From: Candidatus Saccharimonadota bacterium
GTDB taxonomy: Bacteria; Patescibacteriota; Patescibacteriia; 2-12-FULL-60-25
Reading direction: 5' to 3'
Length of the DNA: 32,000 bases
Assembly: GCA_023898425.1 (NCBI GenBank)
Contig: CP060222.1
Location: forward strand, 30,001 to 62,000
Under the pieces are notes generated by a model. That model saw only the letters and a list, made by a program, of their open reading frames with translations, had not been told where the DNA came from and did no database searches. Shown here piece after piece: positions 25,527 through 32,000 of this stretch (position 1 is its first letter; each line of letters opens with the position of its first letter). The position numbers and the translations under genes are program-made.

Positions 25527-25856
25527 TTACGATGAGCGACCCGTCACTCCGACCGACGACGAAGGAGGAGTGGAGGGGTCTGTAGCTGGTAAGAGATCCT
25601 TCCATTCAGGATTTTGTTTCAGAATAAGGGCTACTTTCTTTTCCCGACGCCACTTCTTCAGTTGCTTTTCTCTCGCGATAGCGTCAATGACAAGGTCATA
25701 TTCTTCAAGAAATACGAGCGAATGACATTGGTATTTGTCGCTAAATCCCACGTGGGGAGCCCGATGTTCGGCTAAGCGACGCTCAATGTTGTTCGTGATT
25801 CCAATATAAAGAACTCGAGATTCACTCGAAAGGATATAGGTATAGCCTCGTTTCAT
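25527..25856 (-). CDS. GIY-YIG nuclease-family protein (small, YhbQ/UPF0213-like)
   Basis: GYTYILSSESRVLYIGITNNIERRLAEH. 109 aa. Its last ~13 codons are an inverted copy of the adjacent repeat unit. Confidence 0.88.
   Translation of the reverse strand: MKRGYTYILSSESRVLYIGITNNIERRLAEHRAPHVGFSDKYQCHSLVFLEEYDLVIDAIAREKQLKKWRREKKVALILKQNPEWKDLLPATDPSTPPSSSVGVTGRSS
25541..25579 (-). repeat. Fourth, inverted copy of the 25351-25472 repeat unit, embedded in the 3' end of the GIY-YIG CDS
   Basis: The minus strand reads acccctccactcctccttcgtcgtcggtcggagtgacgg. It shares the acccYtc start and the RgtgacGG end with R1-R3. Confidence 0.65.
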
Positions 25857-26113
25857 TTAATACCCCGTTCCACAGATCTTTAGCGTCGTCAAAGAGAAAA
25901 ATTTTATCTAAAATCAGGCAAATTAAAGACCGCCTCTGCAGGAGCTGAGGCGGTCCAGAGGTCAAGCTTTTGCCTATTAAAATAGGCAAATCAGCGGACC
26001 TTTCTGAGGGTGTGTGCAAGCGCACTCTCAAACCCCGACACGTTATCTGTCTTGCAACAAACGCAACGGATTAAGGACTTGGTATCATAATTAAGTATTA
26101 TTGTCAAGCTTCA

Positions 26114-26122
26114 TGGTATACT
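26114..26122 (+). promoter_or_regulatory. Extended -10 element, predicting a leaderless mRNA
   Basis: TGG-TATACT, 6 nt upstream of ATG 26129. Confidence 0.5.
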
Positions 26123-26128
26123 GGGGTC

Positions 26129-26761
26129 ATGATATTAGATCTTCGTGATCGTCAGGCTCTTTTAGACTCTATGGAGGCTGTTTTGGATTATTTACCCGCC
26201 AAAGAGCGTAAGCCTTTTGAAGATGTGTATCTAGCAGAGCGCGAAGAGACGCCGGTTTCACTTGATCAACTCATTGAGCTTTCACTCCAAGCAGGGGCTT
26301 TAACTTGGCCAGCAAGACAGGCTTTTAGGCAATTTGTTACTTCGATGGGCCAAGAGCTTGAATGGGATTTAGTAACGAAACATGTTTCGCGACCAGTAGC
26401 TTTTTTCTTATTACAACGAAAAACCGATGACGGAGGACTTGATCACGTTTTGCAACAAGAGGGTATCGAGCATGCGTTGTATCCGGAGCATCTTCAGGAG
26501 ATTGAACTCGTTCGCCAAGAAGCATGGCGTCTTATCTATCAAGATCATAAAGAGATGCTTGAGCCTGTTACCCAAGAAATGTCTTCTGAGCTCGAAGGTA
26601 TTCGTCAGTTTTTGAAACGTCAAAAAGAAGACGCGCTTACAAAAACGGGCAAAGATCAAGAACGGTTGCTCGATGCTTTACAGCAAATTGAAGTGCGACT
26701 TTTTTTGCTTGGGGAGTGGTTACCTATTGAGCTTATCCGCGACGAATTACCGATTGCATAG
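26129..26761 (+). CDS. Hypothetical helical cytoplasmic protein (210 aa)
   Basis: Uninterrupted ORF with a plausible leaderless promoter. No family recognised. Confidence 0.6.
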   Translation: MILDLRDRQALLDSMEAVLDYLPAKERKPFEDVYLAEREETPVSLDQLIELSLQAGALTWPARQAFRQFVTSMGQELEWDLVTKHVSRPVAFFLLQRKTDDGGLDHVLQQEGIEHALYPEHLQEIELVRQEAWRLIYQDHKEMLEPVTQEMSSELEGIRQFLKRQKEDALTKTGKDQERLLDALQQIEVRLFLLGEWLPIELIRDELPIA

Positions 26762-27686
26762 CCAGAGTCCAGAGTTGTGGTTGATGTGGCGGTACAAACG
26801 TAGCTGATAAGGGAGCAATATCTGGCAAAGAGGATGAAGTCGAGGCAATAATTGGGATTTTCGCTTGATCTGCTTCGAGAAGCGGTATACCAAATCCTTC
26901 ATACCAACTCGGATAGAGGAGTGCTTTTGCATGATAAAAGAGCCACGAGATTTCTTCGTCACCAAGCCAACCAAGTTGAATGACACCAGGTTGTTGGGGG
27001 GTATTACCTGTTGTTACCAGAAAGATTGTTTCGTTCTCTTTATAGACTTGTTCAAAGGCACGTAAAACCGTTTCGCTATTTTTACGTATATTGTTTGCAC
27101 CAAGCAAAAGAAAATACGAGGTATTTTTGAGCTGGGGGATTTCTTGTTGTTTTGTTGATAGTAAAAATGGTGGCAATGTTAGAACTTCTATCTTTTCTTT
27201 TTGGATAGATAAAAGCATCTCTAGATCACGCGCCGTCCATGTTGAAACAGCGAGCAATTTTTGGGCGTTTCGAAGTAGACGTTTTGGTCGTAATAAAAAG
27301 TGCCAGAGTCGAGATTTTATTGGATACCACGTTGGTTCAATGAGATAAGAGAGATCGTGCACGAGTACTCGATAAGGCGTTTTACTCGGTGCCGTAAAGT
27401 CGAGGTTTGGGTAAATAATTTCGTCAAAAACACCTGTAAAATAACGCTCGTACGCCATTCCAACAAAACTAAGTAAGATGACGAGCTTATTTGGTATTCG
27501 ACGATGCTGATGTGGTAAATGCAAGAGATCTTTAGGGAGCGGTGCATAGCTCGTGAAGCCAACGATGATTTCGGTATCGTCTGCCTTTTGCGATAGAAGG
27601 GATTCAATAAACGACAAAACGAGACGTCGAACGCCGCCCGAATGCGTATCTAAAAGACAGCGTCCGTCTATCAGGATTCTTTTCAT
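26733..27686 (-). CDS. Glycosyltransferase family 4
   Basis: YPSWYEGFGIPLLEA (E-x7-E type GT4 motif). The start at MKRILIDGR (27686) makes an ATGA overlap with the upstream GT stop. The ORF stays open to 27731. Confidence 0.85.
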   Translation of the reverse strand: MKRILIDGRCLLDTHSGGVRRLVLSFIESLLSQKADDTEIIVGFTSYAPLPKDLLHLPHQHRRIPNKLVILLSFVGMAYERYFTGVFDEIIYPNLDFTAPSKTPYRVLVHDLSYLIEPTWYPIKSRLWHFLLRPKRLLRNAQKLLAVSTWTARDLEMLLSIQKEKIEVLTLPPFLLSTKQQEIPQLKNTSYFLLLGANNIRKNSETVLRAFEQVYKENETIFLVTTGNTPQQPGVIQLGWLGDEEISWLFYHAKALLYPSWYEGFGIPLLEADQAKIPIIASTSSSLPDIAPLSATFVPPHQPQLWTLAMQSVIRRG

Positions 27687-28855
27687 GATGAAAGCGTATG
27701 TGGGTATTGAACCTGCTGGCGTTCTGACCACGCTTGTTCGACGTAATCACGAATACGTTTTTTAAAATGTTCTTTAGAAAAGTATTCGGCGTGAGCTCGG
27801 ATACGGCGCGGATCATACGAGCTTGGATCAAAGCGAATCGCGGCATTACCGATATCCTCCCATGTTTGTACTTCAAAAAATTGACCAGTAATGCCATTTA
27901 AGACGGTTTCGGTAGCGCCTCCTTGTCCAAAGGCAATAACGGGGCGTCCGGCGGCCATGGCTTCTACTGCTGTGATACCAAAGTCTTCAATTTGTGGATG
28001 TAAAAAAGCAATCGCCTCACGAAAGAGTTCTTTTTTTGCTGTTTCTGAAATATGCCCTAAGAATTCGGTTTTTGGTCCAGCCATCTTTTTGAGTTTTTTA
28101 AGCTCTGGCCCTTCACCAAAAATCTTTAGAGGCATATTAAGTTTGGCAAATGCTTGTACAACAAGATCAAAACGCTTATAGGCAACCAAGCGACCTCCTG
28201 TTAACCAATAGGTGCCAGGTCTCGTAGAAAGAGGGATTTGCTCAACGTCTACAGGTGGCGGCAATACCACGGATGAACGAGCGTAATAGCGTTTAATGCG
28301 CGCTTGAGAGAGGAGACTATTGGTGAGGATATGATCAGGGCGCGTAGCTGCTTGAAAATCCCATTGGCGCAAACGATGAAGATACGATGGGAGAAAACGT
28401 TTTACGATTGAAGGCATGCGTTGCTCATTAACGTAGCCCATGCGTTCTTGCCAGAGGTAGCGCGTTGGCGTGTGTAAGTAACAGATATGTAAAGCGTGTG
28501 GTGCGGCAATCAATCCTTTGGCAAAACTAGAACTTGAAGAGATGACCAGATCGTAGCGTTGCAAATCAAACTCCTCAATGGCTTGAGGCATAAACGGCAA
28601 ATACCACGTATAAAGTTTTTTTGCGAAAGGAAGATTGTTTAAAGAACTTGTACGAATATCTGCCCCCTTGAATCCAGCGTGAGTGCGTTTTGGATTATGA
28701 AAAAGGGTGTAGATCGGAGCTCTTGGATACATTTCATGAAGAGCAAGTAGGGTACGTTCAGCGCCCCCGTCCTGCACGAGATAGTCATGGACGAGGGCAA
28801 TGCGACGCGGTTCAGTGCGTTGTTCGTGTCGAGAAGGCTGCGGCGCTACACTCAT
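27683..28855 (-). CDS. Glycosyltransferase family 4
   Basis: RIALVHDYLVQDGGAERT N-terminus and HPQIEDFGITAVEAMAAGRPVIA C-terminal motif. 390 aa. Confidence 0.88.
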   Translation of the reverse strand: MSVAPQPSRHEQRTEPRRIALVHDYLVQDGGAERTLLALHEMYPRAPIYTLFHNPKRTHAGFKGADIRTSSLNNLPFAKKLYTWYLPFMPQAIEEFDLQRYDLVISSSSSFAKGLIAAPHALHICYLHTPTRYLWQERMGYVNEQRMPSIVKRFLPSYLHRLRQWDFQAATRPDHILTNSLLSQARIKRYYARSSVVLPPPVDVEQIPLSTRPGTYWLTGGRLVAYKRFDLVVQAFAKLNMPLKIFGEGPELKKLKKMAGPKTEFLGHISETAKKELFREAIAFLHPQIEDFGITAVEAMAAGRPVIAFGQGGATETVLNGITGQFFEVQTWEDIGNAAIRFDPSSYDPRRIRAHAEYFSKEHFKKRIRDYVEQAWSERQQVQYPHTLSS

Positions 28856-28909
28856 AACTCTATGCTACATAGAACGCAACGCCTTGTCAGATCTTCTCGT
28901 CAAGGGTGG

Positions 28910-30337
28910 TTAGTAGGTTCCGCTTCCTTTAAATACGGCCAAGGGAGTTTTGAGCAAAATGTAGATATCTAATGCCGGTGACCAATGCTCGATATACCAA
29001 GTATCGAGACTTACTTCGTCGTCAAAGCTTAAATCTGAACGACCGCTGATTTGAGCAAGGCCTGTGATGCCTGGTTTGATGGCGAGCACACGACGATGGT
29101 GTGGCTCATAATTTGCCACCTCACGAGGAAGATGTGGACGTGGACCAACGAGTGAAAGATCACCTTTTAGCACGTTAAAAAATTGAGGTAACTCATCAAT
29201 AGACCAACGACGAATAATACGTCCTACGGTTGTTACACGTGGGTCATTAGCGATCTTTGGAACCGGTCCTTTTTTGATGCTTTGAGACTCGATCAGCTCT
29301 TTTTCTAATGCAAGATTAGCTTTGGTTGATTGTTTAAATTGTGAGCCAATTGAGAATTTGCGCCACATCGAACGAAACTTAAAAAATGGAAATATAGATC
29401 CGCGTTCACCTACGCGCTCACTTACATAAATCACTGGTAGGCCGTCTTCGATCATCAATGCAAGGACGGTGAGTATCATCACAGGAGATGTGAGGATGAT
29501 AAGTACCAATGCAACAAAGATATCAAAGAGACGCTTAAAGATGCGTCCCCAGCCATCAAGTCGGGTGCGTTTTGTCTCTATAACCGGTATACCGCCAGCA
29601 GTATCAATTTCAATACGAGAAAATGAGCTCGCAAAGGGATTAGCAAGATAACGAAAATCTGCATGATAAAGCTCTGCAATTGCGTGGATACGTTGCGATG
29701 TTTCCGGATCAAGATTTGGCTCGGCGAGTAAAACCGCGTCGGCTTTTTTTGTTTCGAGAAGTTTTGCGTAATCACTCTCAACGCCAGGTGTCCATTTTTT
29801 GAGGTGTTTTACGACCGTAAAGCCATTTACTGGGTGTTGACGATAGAGGGTAATAAGATCAAGTGCAGAACGTGATTGCCCAATCACAATGAGCTTGCGA
29901 TGACCGATGCCACGTCGCAATAAGCTACGGCGAACAATATGTAATAAGCTTCTGCCGACAATAACGTAGGCGGTTGCGAGTCCCCAAACGGTCAATAGAA
30001 TAAAACGCGAAGTCGTAAACGCTTGTCCGAAAAAGACTGTCGCAACAACAACCATAATACCTGCCGTAGATGCAAGAATCACCCGACCCATGGTGCTCCA
30101 AAAACGACGAGGTTGAATCGTGTAGAGACCAGCAAGCATAAAGAGCGCCATCCATACACCCACAAAAACAACCGACCAACCAATATAGGTCTCGAGGGAT
30201 ATATCGGTAAAGATCGGACGTATATCTGTTACGGCATCAGAGTAACGCAATGCATAAGCAGAGATTGCTGCACCAAATAAGGCGATAGCATCGATAGGCA
30301 AAAGAAGGGCGGCAAAAGCAAGGTCCAAGCGGCGCAT
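28910..30337 (-). CDS. Polyprenyl-phosphate sugar phosphotransferase (WbaP/exopolysaccharide priming enzyme family)
   Basis: N-terminal TM bundle and the C-terminal motif RWSIDELPQFFNVLKGDLSLVGPRP. ATG 30337 is preferred because of the promoter below. The ORF track's start at 30382 is a TTG. Confidence 0.88.
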   Translation of the reverse strand: MRRLDLAFAALLLPIDAIALFGAAISAYALRYSDAVTDIRPIFTDISLETYIGWSVVFVGVWMALFMLAGLYTIQPRRFWSTMGRVILASTAGIMVVVATVFFGQAFTTSRFILLTVWGLATAYVIVGRSLLHIVRRSLLRRGIGHRKLIVIGQSRSALDLITLYRQHPVNGFTVVKHLKKWTPGVESDYAKLLETKKADAVLLAEPNLDPETSQRIHAIAELYHADFRYLANPFASSFSRIEIDTAGGIPVIETKRTRLDGWGRIFKRLFDIFVALVLIILTSPVMILTVLALMIEDGLPVIYVSERVGERGSIFPFFKFRSMWRKFSIGSQFKQSTKANLALEKELIESQSIKKGPVPKIANDPRVTTVGRIIRRWSIDELPQFFNVLKGDLSLVGPRPHLPREVANYEPHHRRVLAIKPGITGLAQISGRSDLSFDDEVSLDTWYIEHWSPALDIYILLKTPLAVFKGSGTY

Positions 30338-30346
30338 ATAGCCAGT

Positions 30347-30355
30347 ATCATACCA
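30347..30355 (-). promoter_or_regulatory. Extended -10 element for the glycan operon
   Basis: On the minus strand: TGG-TATGAT, 9 nt upstream of ATG 30337. Confidence 0.45.
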
Positions 30356-30484
30356 TATGAGGCTTTCTCCGGCCTTCGGCAACCTCTTTTACATTCGTGA
30401 AAAAGGGGATATCGATTTAATACAGGTTTATTTGAGTAAAGTGATGAGGAGGGAAAAGCCCCACGTGTTTTCTTTTGCGACGCA

Positions 30485-30493
30485 TGTTAAACT
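30485..30493 (+). promoter_or_regulatory. Extended -10 element, predicting a leaderless recombinase mRNA
   Basis: TGT-TAAACT, 6 nt upstream of ATG 30500. Confidence 0.4.
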
Positions 30494-30499
30494 AGATAT

Positions 30500-31507
30500 A
30501 TGTCGACTGTCTCAAAACATCTACGCCCTTTTCTGGAGCATTTAGAAATAGAAAAGGGGCGCTCATTATTAACGGTACGTAATTACGAATTCTATCTTCG
30601 TCGTTTTATCGAATGGGCAAATGATCCTGATACCGAGGATATTACCGCGTCGATGATTCATAATTATCGTCTCTATCTTAATAGACTTGAAACAGGTGAT
30701 GCGCAAAAGACCTTAAAAAAGTCTACACAAAATTATCATCTTATTGCCTTGCGTTCGTATCTTAAGTTTTTAGCAAAGCGTGATATCGCGTCGCTCTCTC
30801 CAGAAAAGATTGAGCTCGCAAAACAGGGGAGTCGTGATGTTGCTTTTTTAGAAAGCTCAGATCTACAACGATTATTAGAAGCACCAGAAAAAACAGATAA
30901 TGGACCTTTGGTAAAAGCACGTGATAAAGCAATTCTTGAGCTATTCTTTTCTACGGGGATGCGTGTTTCAGAACTCGCTTCGCTCAAAATTACTTCTATT
31001 AATCTAGAGCGTGATGAATTTACGGTACGTGGTAAGGGTGACAAAACACGCGTTGCTTTTTTGTCGCATCAAGCACGAGCTGCGTTAAAGTATTATCTTG
31101 GTTTACGTAAGGATACGGCGCCCTATCTTTTTGTACGACATGATCGCGCGAAAAGTGGTGTAAAAGATATCGGTGCACTAACGCCACGTTCGATAGAGCG
31201 CTTGGTACATTACTATGCGGCCGCAGCAGGTATTCCAAAAAAGGTTTCTCCTCATACATTGAGACATTCTTTTGCAACGGATCTTTTGATTAATGGCGCT
31301 GATTTGCGTAGCGTTCAGGCGATGCTCGGTCATTCGTCTATCACAACAACACAAATTTATACGCATGTAACAAATCAACAATTGCGAGAAGTGCACAAAG
31401 CTTTTCATGGTAAAACGATTGATGAAAAGAATAGCTATGACTTCAACAATCCCTACAGGATGTTTAGAGACAGACTTGCTAATAAAGCAATATCCGCAAG
31501 AACGTGA
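30500..31507 (+). CDS. xerC: Tyrosine recombinase XerC/XerD family
   Basis: Catalytic signature STGMRVSEL (R), HTLRHSFAT (HxxR) and LGHSSITTTQIYTHV (H, Y). It carries a C-terminal extension of about 30 aa. Confidence 0.88.
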   Translation: MSTVSKHLRPFLEHLEIEKGRSLLTVRNYEFYLRRFIEWANDPDTEDITASMIHNYRLYLNRLETGDAQKTLKKSTQNYHLIALRSYLKFLAKRDIASLSPEKIELAKQGSRDVAFLESSDLQRLLEAPEKTDNGPLVKARDKAILELFFSTGMRVSELASLKITSINLERDEFTVRGKGDKTRVAFLSHQARAALKYYLGLRKDTAPYLFVRHDRAKSGVKDIGALTPRSIERLVHYYAAAAGIPKKVSPHTLRHSFATDLLINGADLRSVQAMLGHSSITTTQIYTHVTNQQLREVHKAFHGKTIDEKNSYDFNNPYRMFRDRLANKAISART

Positions 31508-31553
31508 TCGTATTTTGCAGCACGCCATTGAAGATCGGCGCCGACGGTTAGCG

Positions 31554-31964
31554 ATGTATACCGAACTTAGATCTCTCATCGGTTTTCATCCAATAGTTTT
31601 TGTAAAAACCATAGTATTTACCGGGGTTATCAGCTTTGTGCTTGTCTTTGTTCTCGCGCAGCTCGCTCAAATAGCACTTTGGTATAAGAAATTAACAGAG
31701 CTATCTATCACTATTCCGATACCGGCACTTGGCGCAAGAACGGTTGATCTTGGCTCTTATGTGCCCACGTCAACAACATTTGAATTGATAGGGCAGCTAC
31801 CCGTTTGGACGGTCCGTGATTGCTTGCTCTTTGCTACGGGAGTCATGCTCGTCGTCCTTATTTCGATGGGAATTCGTATTGCTATACGTTGGCGTGACGC
31901 GAAGCAACTAAAACAAGGAGAAGTACAATTAAAAGAAGAACTCAACTATCTCATCACTCTATGA
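31554..31964 (+). CDS. Hypothetical two-TM membrane protein
   Basis: The ORF is open from 31407, overlapping xerC. A conservative ATG start at 31554 is reported here; ATG 31437 or TTG 31515 is also possible. TM segments: IVFTGVISFVLVFVLAQLAQIAL and LLFATGVMLVVLISMGIRIAI. Confidence 0.55.
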   Translation: MYTELRSLIGFHPIVFVKTIVFTGVISFVLVFVLAQLAQIALWYKKLTELSITIPIPALGARTVDLGSYVPTSTTFELIGQLPVWTVRDCLLFATGVMLVVLISMGIRIAIRWRDAKQLKQGEVQLKEELNYLITL

Positions 31965-32000
31965 CACTCAATGACTATCAAAACGCTGCAACAAAAACAG
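31961..32000 (+). CDS. 5' end of a further ORF (truncated by the window edge)
   Basis: An ATGA overlap with the preceding stop, and the ORF begins MTLNDYQNAATKT. It is too short to assign. Confidence 0.25.
   Translation, partial: MTLNDYQNAATKT

Overview
This is a gene-dense, mostly housekeeping stretch of a small-genome bacterium using the standard genetic code (TGA acts as a stop in ATGA overlaps). The SD-poor, leaderless gene starts, the 4-domain S1, an orphan type IV pilus ATPase and a small GT4 glycan operon fit a Patescibacteria/CPR-like lineage, but that placement is inference only.

Confident calls:
- clpP, an nrnA-like DHH phosphoesterase, rbfA, rpsP, a KH-domain (YlqC-like) protein and trmD.
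- A PEGL-type P-type cation ATPase, tRNA-Glu(UUC), and tsaD-tsaE.
- A PilB/GspE ATPase, ftsH, rpsA and a GIY-YIG nuclease-family gene.
- Two GT4 glycosyltransferases plus a priming polyprenyl-phosphate sugar transferase, and a Xer-type tyrosine recombinase.

No CRISPR array, transposase, rRNA or recognisable defence or toxin gene was seen.

Points worth a second look:
1. The smc gene is broken by six homopolymer indels arranged as three compensating pairs. Even when reconstructed, it lacks a hinge.
2. A degenerate ~37-nt repeat occurs three times in tandem on one strand. A fourth, inverted copy forms the 3' end of the GIY-YIG CDS.
3. A recurring TGN-TATNNT-N6-9-ATG architecture suggests leaderless mRNAs, in contrast with a few genes of unknown function that carry strong SDs.
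4. A small accessory islet around the tRNA holds Cys/His-rich proteins, a Tiki/TraB/GumN-like protein and an unknown 170-aa protein.
5. A same-strand string links a large cytoplasmic transglutaminase-like protein, a polytopic membrane protein and pilB.
6. An alpha/beta-hydrolase carries Ala at the nucleophile position.
7. The rpsP-KH-rimM-trmD-rplS cluster is rearranged.

I cannot name a single clear novel system. The candidates are ranked in the findings, with limits stated.
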